From positions 672,001 to 736,000 of the forward strand of contig CAXXRD010000002.1 in NCBI GenBank assembly GCA_963663895.2: a stretch of 64,000 nucleotides of DNA, in the 5' to 3' direction. Source of the DNA: Dehalococcoidia bacterium (GTDB lineage Bacteria; Chloroflexota; Dehalococcoidia; Bin125). The position numbers and the translations under genes were made by a program. Shown here piece by piece: positions 36,241 to 44,266 of this stretch; the stretch's first letter is position 1, and every line of letters begins with the position of its first letter. Under the pieces are notes generated by a model that worked only from the letters and a program-made list of their open reading frames with translations, searched no databases and had not been told where the DNA came from.

Positions 36241-36957
36241 ATGGATGTCACGGTACGGCTGTATGCGAGCCTCGCGGAAAGGGCCGGGGTGCGGGAGGTA
36301 GCCCTGTCGCAGTTGCCGCCGTCGATCACCGCGGGCGACCTGGGAGCGGCGGTGTTCGAGCGCTTCCCGACCCTGAGCCCGCTGCGCGAGTCGGTGGTCT
36401 TCGCCGTGAACGCGGAATACGTTCGGCCGGACCATCTGATACGGCCCGGCGACGAGGTCGCGCTGATCCCGCCGGTGAGCGGCGGCGCGACGGCATCAGA
36501 GCTATTTCGGATCACGGAGGCACCCCTTGACGTGCCGGCGATCCAACGACTCGTGCACAGGGACGCCAGCGGGGCCGTATCGATCTTCGTCGGCGTCGTG
36601 CGCAACACCAATCAGGGGCGCGACGTCGACCACCTGGAGTACGACGCCTACCCGGCGATGGCGACGAAAGTGATGCGCCAGATCGCGTCCGAGGCACAGA
36701 AGCGCTGGAACATCCACGAGATCGCGATGCACCATCGCATCGGACGGCTCGCCATCGGGGAAGCGAGCGTGGCGGTGGCCGTATCGGCTCCGCACCGTGG
36801 CGACGCGATCGCGGCCTGTCAGTACGGCATCGACCGGCTCAAGGCGATCGTCCCCATCTGGAAGAAAGAGGTCTGGACGGACGGAGCGCATTGGGTGGAG
36901 GGGAGCCTGGCGCCGCGCGATGAAGCGGCGCCAGGCCCGGAGCCCTCGGCACCATAG
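36241..36957 (+). CDS. MoaD-MoaE fusion (MoaX-like molybdopterin synthase)
   Basis: N-terminal Ubl ending DEVALIPPVSGG, then MoaE motifs F.GVVR, LEYDAY, HRIG.L, LK..VPIWKKE. Confidence 0.93.
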   Translation: MDVTVRLYASLAERAGVREVALSQLPPSITAGDLGAAVFERFPTLSPLRESVVFAVNAEYVRPDHLIRPGDEVALIPPVSGGATASELFRITEAPLDVPAIQRLVHRDASGAVSIFVGVVRNTNQGRDVDHLEYDAYPAMATKVMRQIASEAQKRWNIHEIAMHHRIGRLAIGEASVAVAVSAPHRGDAIAACQYGIDRLKAIVPIWKKEVWTDGAHWVEGSLAPRDEAAPGPEPSAP

Positions 36958-36980
36958 CAACCGGGGCTCCGACGGGGCAC

Positions 36981-38360
36981 CTACCAGCGGCGTCTCCGCG
37001 CCTTGCTCGGCGTGCCGTCGCGGGGCTTGCGGCCACTGCGGAAATCGGGCGCTTCGATCGCAAAGACGTTCGAGATGCCGGCATCCATGAGGCGAGAGGC
37101 GATCCGGTCGGGCAAGGCTTCGCGATCCAGAAGATCGGCGTTCGTGGTGACGACGGTGGGGAGTCGCTGCAGGTAGCGATAGGCGAAGATCTGGTAGAGC
37201 TTCTCCTGCGCCCAGGGCGTGGTGCTGTGCGCGCCGAGATCGTCGAGGATGAGGAGGCCCGCATTGCGCACGCGATCGAAGAGTGCGTCGTAGCCATCAC
37301 CGCGTGCGGGATTGTAGGAGGAGCGCAGGTGGTCGAGCAGGTCCGGGACGACGGCGAAGTAGACGCCGTCGCCCGCCTGAAGGCGCTGGCGCGCGATCGC
37401 GGCGGCCAAGTGCGTCTTGCCCCGGCCGGTGTCACCCGTGAAGATGATCCAGCCCTCCGGCTTGTCGGCATAGACGCGGGCCATGCGCAGCGCGGCCTGA
37501 AGATTGGTCGCCTGCGCAGAGGTCAGACGGCCCCGACCCTTCGGGCTGAATGTGTCGAAATTCAGCTGATCGAGGACATCGCGGCTCACTCCACCGATCT
37601 GCGCGTACGTGCCAACCTTGGGAGCGTCGACGGGCAGTTGCCGGACCAGCGGCGCCTCGAGCCAGCGCGCGAGCCATTCCGGCAGCGACGCGGTCGGCGC
37701 GGTCGTGGTGATCACCGTCGGCAACTCGGCCTGGCGGCGGTGGTTCAGAAGCTGGAAGAGCTTCTCGCGCGCCCATTCCGTCGGGTTACCCGCGTCGAGG
37801 TCGTCGAGGATGAGCAAGGGGGCGCTTCGCACCTGCTCGAACAAGGCGGGATAGGGCAGGCCGGAGCCCGCGCCGTAGGCCGCCCGCAGATGGTCGAGCA
37901 GATCGGGCACGACCATGTACAAGGCTGGAAGCCCGGCGGCGATGCGTTCGTTCGCGATCGCGGCAGCAAGCGACGTCTTGCCGCTGCCGGTCGCGCCCCA
38001 GAGCGCGAGCCACCCCTGCGGCGCCTCCGCGAACGCGGCCGCGGCGCGGGCGGCTTCCGCGAAGGCGGCGGAGCGATCCGCCGACAGCCCGTCAAAACGG
38101 ATGCCGGCGAGCGGTCCCAGGTTGCTGTAGCGCTGGAGCCGCGCCGCCTGCTCGTCGCGGGCCTCGTCCTGCGCGCAGCGACAGGGGATGGCGCGGCCGA
38201 AATCCTCATGGCCGGGGGGCAGATCGCGCCGCACGAAGCCAGCGTCGTTGCACTCCCTGCAACGCGGGACGAGCGACATCTCCGGCGGCGTCTCAGCGCC
38301 GGATGAGGTGCCCGTACTCGGAATCGCGCCAGCGGCCAGAATGTCGCCCAAGCGCCTCAT
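36981..38360 (-). CDS. DnaC/DnaI-like helicase loader with Zn finger and two tandem AAA+ domains
   Basis: CxxC...CxC; Walker A GATGSGKT and GDTGRGKT; two LLILDDL Walker B motifs; two VPDLLDHLR copies. Confidence 0.88.
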   Translation of the reverse strand: MRRLGDILAAGAIPSTGTSSGAETPPEMSLVPRCRECNDAGFVRRDLPPGHEDFGRAIPCRCAQDEARDEQAARLQRYSNLGPLAGIRFDGLSADRSAAFAEAARAAAAFAEAPQGWLALWGATGSGKTSLAAAIANERIAAGLPALYMVVPDLLDHLRAAYGAGSGLPYPALFEQVRSAPLLILDDLDAGNPTEWAREKLFQLLNHRRQAELPTVITTTAPTASLPEWLARWLEAPLVRQLPVDAPKVGTYAQIGGVSRDVLDQLNFDTFSPKGRGRLTSAQATNLQAALRMARVYADKPEGWIIFTGDTGRGKTHLAAAIARQRLQAGDGVYFAVVPDLLDHLRSSYNPARGDGYDALFDRVRNAGLLILDDLGAHSTTPWAQEKLYQIFAYRYLQRLPTVVTTNADLLDREALPDRIASRLMDAGISNVFAIEAPDFRSGRKPRDGTPSKARRRRW

Positions 38361-39033
38361 CGTCCCGTCCTTCACTCTGCCAGCGCTCCAAGATGCGGCC
38401 GATGTAGCGCCAGCTCCGTTTGTTCAGCTCCGCGGCCTCACGGAATGCATCGTCGATCCACTCCCAGGGGTAGAGCGCCTCCGCCTCGACGAGCTCCTCC
38501 GCGATCTGGGGCGTGATCGGTCCCACGGTCTCTTCATAGATCGTAAAGATGCTGCGCGCGCGGCGGGGGGCGGGCGCATAGGGGGCGAGCGCCGGGCCGT
38601 TCGCCAGCTCGCCGCGGCGCACCCGCTCGATCGTGCGGCGCTCCGCCGCAGTATTGACGGTGATGTACGCGCGAGGGCGGTCGGCTCCCGCGCCGTCGAC
38701 TCGAAGCAGCACCCCGCGCGCAACGGCGGCGTCGACGCCGCGCTTGAACGCGGCCGCGACTTCCGTGGAATCGGGCGCGGACAACATGCGGGCCAGCGCG
38801 TCGACGAGCGGCCGCTCGGCAGCGAGGAGCTCCACGTCGAGCAGACGGGGAAAGCGCCGCAAGCGTTGCACGGCGGCGATGGCGTACAGGGAGACCAACA
38901 GCTCGGCCGGGTCGTCCATCGCCGGAACCAGCGTGGAGAGCAGCGGCGCGGGAATGGCCACGTTCTTGGCCGAAGACGGGAACCCCGGGTAAGCGGCGCC
39001 GCTGGACGCAGGGGGATCGGTTTGATCAGTCAT
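38293..39033 (-). CDS. DnaD domain protein
   Basis: C-terminal IF.IYEE.VG.ITP, WI.DAF.EA...NKRSWRYI..ILERW; lies between dnaB and the loader. Confidence 0.85.
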   Translation of the reverse strand: MTDQTDPPASSGAAYPGFPSSAKNVAIPAPLLSTLVPAMDDPAELLVSLYAIAAVQRLRRFPRLLDVELLAAERPLVDALARMLSAPDSTEVAAAFKRGVDAAVARGVLLRVDGAGADRPRAYITVNTAAERRTIERVRRGELANGPALAPYAPAPRRARSIFTIYEETVGPITPQIAEELVEAEALYPWEWIDDAFREAAELNKRSWRYIGRILERWQSEGRDDEALGRHSGRWRDSEYGHLIRR

Positions 39034-40444
39034 TGGAGAAAGCGTCCAGGCTCCACTCCACGTCGGGCGGGGGGACCTCTTCCTGGCGGAGCAGGAGATC
39101 CTCAAACTTGGCGATGTTCTTGACGAAGCGCAGATGGACGACGCCGGTGGGGCCGTTGCGGTGCTTGGCTACGATCAGCTGCGCGACGCCCGCCGGGTAG
39201 TGCGAGCCGGGCTCTCCCGGATGCTGATCCTCCCACTCCTCGCGTTGCACGTACATGTCCTCGCGATAGATGAAGATCACCACGTCGGCGTCTTGCTCGA
39301 TCGAGCCGCTCTCCCGGAGGTCGCTGAGCATGGGGATGTGTGGCTGGCGCGCCTCGACGGCGCGCGACAGCTGGGAGACCGCAAGCACGGGCACTTGCAA
39401 CTCGCGCGCGAGCTCCTTGAGGGAGCGCGAGATGTAGCTGATCTCCATGACGCGATTGGCCTCTCTGCCGAAGTCCGCATGCATCAGCTGAATGTGGTCG
39501 ACGACCAGCAAGTCCAACCCGACGTCCATCTTGATGCGGCGCGCCTTGGCGCGCAGCTCGGCCACGTTGAGGCCGGGCGTATCGTCAATGTAGATCTCCG
39601 CTTGGGAGAGGTTGCCGATCGCGCGGCTAATGCGCGCCTCCTCCGCTTCGCTGTGGCGGCCCCATGGCAGTCGCTGGGAGTCGACGTTGGCCTCGGCGGA
39701 GACCAGCCGGCTCGCCACCTGCTCGCCGGACATCTCCAAACTGAAGATAGCGACCTTCCCCTGCTGTCCCAAGGCCAGGTTGCGCGCCAGGGCCAGGGCC
39801 AGGGCCGACTTGCCGACGGAGGGACGGGCAGCCAGCACCGCCAAATCCGATCGCTTGAGGCCCGTGAGCAATGTGTCCAGATCGGAGAACCCCGTGCGCG
39901 CCGGCTCGGTCAGCCGGGCCGCTTCTTCGTCCGTGGGCGGGCCGAGGAACTCCTCTAAGAGGTCGCGCAGGGGCACGAAGTCGCGCAGGCGCTCGCCGCC
40001 GCGCAGGTCCAGGAGCAGGTTCTCGGAGCGGGCCAGCGCGTCCGAGAGATTGGGACCGCCGTCGTAGCCGATGCGGGCGATGGTGCCGGCGGCGTCGATC
40101 AGCCGGCGGTAGGTCGCATCGCGCGTGATAATGCGGGCCGCGTGCTCAACCCCGATGGAGGTAGGCAGATCGGCGACGATCTGGCTGATGTACGCAAGCC
40201 CGCCCGCCTCCTCGAGCTTGCCGTTCCGCCCCAGCTCGTGCGCCAGCGTGACCTGATTGACGGCCTCGTTACGATCCCAGATCTTGAGCGCCGCCTCGTA
40301 CATCCAAGCGTGGCGTTCATCGGCGAAATCGCGGGGGTTGAGGATCGCCGCGATGCGGGGCAGCGCCGTCTCGTCGACCAGAAGGGCCGCGATGACCGTC
40401 GCTTCCGCTTCAACGTCGCTCGGCGGGGCTTTCTCTAAGACCAT
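39026..40444 (-). CDS. dnaB: replicative DNA helicase
   Basis: AARPSVGKS, FSLEMS, SQLSRAVE, LSDLRESGSIEQDAD, KHRNGPTG. Confidence 0.97.
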   Translation of the reverse strand: MVLEKAPPSDVEAEATVIAALLVDETALPRIAAILNPRDFADERHAWMYEAALKIWDRNEAVNQVTLAHELGRNGKLEEAGGLAYISQIVADLPTSIGVEHAARIITRDATYRRLIDAAGTIARIGYDGGPNLSDALARSENLLLDLRGGERLRDFVPLRDLLEEFLGPPTDEEAARLTEPARTGFSDLDTLLTGLKRSDLAVLAARPSVGKSALALALARNLALGQQGKVAIFSLEMSGEQVASRLVSAEANVDSQRLPWGRHSEAEEARISRAIGNLSQAEIYIDDTPGLNVAELRAKARRIKMDVGLDLLVVDHIQLMHADFGREANRVMEISYISRSLKELARELQVPVLAVSQLSRAVEARQPHIPMLSDLRESGSIEQDADVVIFIYREDMYVQREEWEDQHPGEPGSHYPAGVAQLIVAKHRNGPTGVVHLRFVKNIAKFEDLLLRQEEVPPPDVEWSLDAFSND

Positions 40445-40481
40445 CCGAACCCCCGCGGGGGCTCAGGCAGGCCTGCCCCCG

Positions 40482-41042
40482 TTAGTCGCTCTCGACCTCC
40501 GACTCCTCCTCGGGAGTCGCGGCCTCTGCGCTCTCGTCCTCTGTCTCCTCCGCCGACACTTCCTGCTCGGCGGCCGGCGGTTCCGCCGGCTCACCCTCGT
40601 CGGAGACGACCTCCACCGAGACATGCGCGGAGACGTTGCGCGTGAAGCGGACGCGCACGTCTTGCGTCCCGATGGCCTTGATCGCCTGCCCCAGCAGGAC
40701 CTGCCGGTGCTCGACCTTTGCGCCGACCCGCTCGCTCAGCTGGGCCGCGATGTCGGCCGCCGTGACCGATCCGAAGAGGCGACCCTGCTCGCCAACCTTG
40801 GCCGATAGCTCGACGGTGGCCCCGTCGATGCGCTCAGCCAGCAGGCGGGCAGCCGCATCCGCCTTCTCTTGGCGGATAGCGTCCAATTTGGCGAGCTTGG
40901 TTGCCCGCTCGATCGCCGCCTTCGTGGCCGGGGCCGCAAGCTCGCGAGGCAGGAGGTAGTTCCGCGCATAGCCGTTCTTGACCTCTTTGACCTCGCCAAC
41001 GAGCCCAGAGCCCTCGACCTCTTTCAGAAACACGACCTTCAT
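40482..41042 (-). CDS. rplI: 50S ribosomal protein L9 with acidic tail
   Basis: MKVVFL, VKNGYARNYLLP, GRLFGSVT; GGGAGG SD. Confidence 0.96.
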   Translation of the reverse strand: MKVVFLKEVEGSGLVGEVKEVKNGYARNYLLPRELAAPATKAAIERATKLAKLDAIRQEKADAAARLLAERIDGATVELSAKVGEQGRLFGSVTAADIAAQLSERVGAKVEHRQVLLGQAIKAIGTQDVRVRFTRNVSAHVSVEVVSDEGEPAEPPAAEQEVSAEETEDESAEAATPEEESEVESD

Positions 41043-41253
41043 CGCGACCCTCCCGCGTCCGGATAAGCCGCAAATCCGTTGTGACGGATCCGCGGCCGAT
41101 AGCCAACTCGATAATGGCTTATGAGCGCGCCACTCCAGAGAACTAACACGCCCATCCACGGTATAAGCGAAACGGTCGCCGAGCCTAGCGCTTCTGTCAC
41201 AAAGACAGCCGGAGCCGGCGGGACGAAGACCTCCTCGCCGAACCCTCAATAAA

Positions 41254-41282
41254 AAGATAGAACGGACGTTCTGTCCATGCAA
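41254..41282 (-). promoter_or_regulatory. promoter with embedded LexA (SOS) box
   Basis: Minus strand TTGCAT-17nt-TATCTT; palindromic AGAAC-GGAC-GTTCT at 41259-41272. Confidence 0.7.
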
Positions 41283-41283
41283 A

Positions 41284-43551
41284 TCACCGCCCGGCTGATT
41301 GGCCATTCCCCAGCAGCGAAGGAAGCGCGTTCCGGTAGGCGGCGCCGATATCGCTGATCGGTAGATCGATCGCCGCGCCGATACGCAGGCGATCGCCGGA
41401 TACGGTGCCGAGGAGGGTGAAGGGAACCTCCATCTCATGGGCAAGCGCGCCGCACGCACTCCGATCACGCGGGTGCACGCTGACGACGGCACGCGCGCCG
41501 GCCTCCCCGAAGAGCGCCGCGTCCACACGGGAACCGAGCTCGATCGAAGCGCCATCGAACCCCGCGCCACCCGCGACGGCGCATTCCGCCAGCGCCACCG
41601 CCAGACCGCCGTCCGAGCAGTCGTGGGCGGAGCGGAGCAGACCGCGCTGGGCGGCGGTGGTCAGAAGCCGGATGAGCGCGGCCTCCGCAGAGAGGTCCAC
41701 AGCGACGGGGCCCGCTTCAAGCTGCTGTAGCGTCGCGAGATACTCCCCGCCCCCCAGCGTCGCCGGATCCTGCGGCACGGCGGCACCCACGAGGAAGACG
41801 AGGTCGCCCTCAGCCCGGAAGGGCATGCGCACGATCCGGTCCACATCCTCGATCACTCCCAGCATGCCGATGATCGGCGTCGGCGCGACGGGGATGCCGT
41901 TGGTTTCGTTGTAGAGCGAGGCGTTCCCCGAGATCACCGGGGTACCGAGCGCCCGCGCGGCCGCGCCGATGCCGCGCACGGCCTGCGCCAGCTGGTAGGC
42001 GATCGGCGAGCGCTCGGGGTTGCCGAAGTTCAGGCAATCGGTGAGCGCCAGTGGCGTCGCGCCGGTACAGGCGACATTGCGCGCCGCTTCCGCAACGGCA
42101 CGGGCGCCTCCCACCCAAGGATCGAGGTAGGTCGTGCGGCCGTTGCCGTCGGTGGCGAGAGCGATGGCGCGCTGCGTGCCTTTGATGCGGAGCACTCCGG
42201 CATCACTGCCGGGCACGATCACCGTGTTGGTCAGGACCTGCTGGTCGTATTGGCGCGTGACCCAGTCCTTGTCTGCGATGTTGGGCGTAGCCAGGAGTGC
42301 GAGGAGCGCGGCGTTGGCGTCGGAAAGGTCCGGAAGCGTGCCGGGGTCGAAGTCCGCCGCCGTCACCGCCGCGGGATCGCGCACACCTTCGTCCTCATAG
42401 GTCGGCGGCGAGGTGAGCAGCGCGGTGTCGATGCTCGCAACCTCTTCGTCTCCATCCACGACACGCGCGACGCCGTCCTCCGTCACCTGGCCGATCACCG
42501 TGGCCGATAGCTCCCAACGCTCGAAATGTCGCGCGACATCGTCCTCGCGGCCGCACCGGACGACCACCAACATCCGCTCTTGTGATTCCGAGAGCATGAC
42601 ATCGTAGGGCGTCATGCCGGCCTCGCGGCGGGGAACGTGGCTCACGTCGATGCGCACCCCCGTGCCGGCCCGGGCCGCGCATTCGACCGCGCTGCTGGTG
42701 AGTCCGGCCGCGCCGAGGTCCTGCAGCCCCGTGATCCAATCCGGATGGTCGGTCGCCAACGCAACGCAGGCCTCCATCAGCAGCTTTTCCATGAACGGGT
42801 TGCCGACCTGCACAGCCGGGCGGCGCTCCTCGCTGCGGTCGCCGAGTTCCACGCTGGCGAACGTGGCGCCGTGGAGCCCGTCCCTGCCCGTGTCGGCGCC
42901 GACCAGCATGAGGGCGTTGCCCGGACCATCGGCGCGGGCGCTGACGAGCTCGCCCCGGCGAGCCAGGCCGACGCACATCGCATTCACCAGCGGATTGGCC
43001 GCGTAGGACCCGCCGAATGCCACCTCGCCCCCCACATTGGGAATGCCCAGGCAGTTGCCGTAGTCGCCGACACCGGCGACCACGTTCTTCAGTAGCCGCC
43101 GGCTGTCTCGCTGGGACGGCGGACCGAAGCGCAGGGAATCAAGGAGAGCGATCGGCCGCGCGCCCATCGCGAAGATATCGCGCACGATGCCGCCCACCCC
43201 GGTCGCGGCGCCCTGGTACGGCTCGATCGCGCTGGGATGGTTGTGCGACTCGATCTTCATCACCACGACCCAGCCGTCGCCGATGTCCACGGCACCCGCG
43301 TTCTCGCCGCCCAATGCGGTGAGGATGTGCGGCGCTTCGACGGGGAAGTGGCGGAAGAGCGGGCGCGAATGCTTGTAGCCGCAATGCTCACTCCAGAGGG
43401 CGCCGATCATGCCCAGCTCGAGCGGCGTCGGGTCACGGCCGAGGCGCGCGCGCGCGTCCTCGTACTCCGCTCGACTCAGGGCGATCTGCTCGAGCGTCGC
43501 GTCGTCGACAGCGTGCGCGGATGACGTCAATGCATCAGTCCCACCGCTCAA
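41284..43551 (-). CDS. purL: FGAM synthase subunit PurL
   Basis: WSEHCGYK, ESHNHPS, GGIVRDI, QDLGAAGL, LSESQERM, DCLNFGNP. Confidence 0.97.
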   Translation of the reverse strand: MSGGTDALTSSAHAVDDATLEQIALSRAEYEDARARLGRDPTPLELGMIGALWSEHCGYKHSRPLFRHFPVEAPHILTALGGENAGAVDIGDGWVVVMKIESHNHPSAIEPYQGAATGVGGIVRDIFAMGARPIALLDSLRFGPPSQRDSRRLLKNVVAGVGDYGNCLGIPNVGGEVAFGGSYAANPLVNAMCVGLARRGELVSARADGPGNALMLVGADTGRDGLHGATFASVELGDRSEERRPAVQVGNPFMEKLLMEACVALATDHPDWITGLQDLGAAGLTSSAVECAARAGTGVRIDVSHVPRREAGMTPYDVMLSESQERMLVVVRCGREDDVARHFERWELSATVIGQVTEDGVARVVDGDEEVASIDTALLTSPPTYEDEGVRDPAAVTAADFDPGTLPDLSDANAALLALLATPNIADKDWVTRQYDQQVLTNTVIVPGSDAGVLRIKGTQRAIALATDGNGRTTYLDPWVGGARAVAEAARNVACTGATPLALTDCLNFGNPERSPIAYQLAQAVRGIGAAARALGTPVISGNASLYNETNGIPVAPTPIIGMLGVIEDVDRIVRMPFRAEGDLVFLVGAAVPQDPATLGGGEYLATLQQLEAGPVAVDLSAEAALIRLLTTAAQRGLLRSAHDCSDGGLAVALAECAVAGGAGFDGASIELGSRVDAALFGEAGARAVVSVHPRDRSACGALAHEMEVPFTLLGTVSGDRLRIGAAIDLPISDIGAAYRNALPSLLGNGQSAGR

Positions 43552-44224
43552 TCATTGAGCGCCAGATATAGAGCCCGTCCTCGCCTCCCAACAACGCCTC
43601 GCTGGCCCGTTCGGGGTGCGGCATCATGCCGCAGACGGTGCCGGCAGCATTCATGACGCCGGCGATATGGGAGGCGGAGCCGTTGGGATTGGCGGAGGCC
43701 GTCACAGTGCCGGAGGCGTCCACATAGCGAAACAGGATTCGCCGCTCCGCCTCAAGCTCCGCCAAGATGTCCGGATCGGCGAAATAGTTCCCCTCCCCAT
43801 GCGAAATAGGCAGCATGAGCCGCTGTCCTTCCGCACACGCGCTCGTGAAGGGCGTATCCGCGCGTTCGACGCGGATGTGCTGTGGAGCGCAGCGATACTG
43901 GAGGCTCTGATTGCGGCGGAGCGTACCCGGCAGCAGCCCTGCCTCGCAGAGGATCTGGAAACCGTTGCAGGAGCCAAAGACCAGGCGGCCCGCGTCGACA
44001 TGGCGCCGCAGGGCGGTCATCACCGGGGAGAAGCGGGCGATCGCCCCGCAGCGCAAGTAGTCGCCGTGCGCGAAACCGCCGGGGACGATGACCGCATCGT
44101 AGCCGTCAAGGCTGCTCTCGCGGTGCCAGACGAGATCGGTGGGGTGGCCCAACACGTCTTGGAGAACGTAGCGGCAATCGCCGTCGCTCCAAGTACCAGG
44201 GAACACGAGGACGGCGAAATGCAC
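43535..44224 (-). CDS. purQ: FGAM synthase glutaminase subunit PurQ
   Basis: PGGFAHGDYLRCGA, CNGFQIL, HGEG, GMMPHPER. Confidence 0.97.
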   Translation of the reverse strand: MHFAVLVFPGTWSDGDCRYVLQDVLGHPTDLVWHRESSLDGYDAVIVPGGFAHGDYLRCGAIARFSPVMTALRRHVDAGRLVFGSCNGFQILCEAGLLPGTLRRNQSLQYRCAPQHIRVERADTPFTSACAEGQRLMLPISHGEGNYFADPDILAELEAERRILFRYVDASGTVTASANPNGSASHIAGVMNAAGTVCGMMPHPERASEALLGGEDGLYIWRSMIERWD

Positions 44225-44266
44225 GCACTACTCCCGCGTCGATCTTAACACCGCCCGCCGCGGTGA

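Noticed and set aside
36981-38360. IS21-family element suggested by IstB-like domains
   Set aside because: No IstA transposase or terminal inverted repeats; the gene sits in the dnaB-dnaD operon.
39026-40444. Intein in DnaB
   Set aside because: Length is normal and the helicase motifs are contiguous.
40450-40477. Two 12-bp palindromes between rplI and dnaB
   Set aside because: Almost pure GC and plausible by chance; no U-tract for a terminator, although SD occlusion cannot be excluded.
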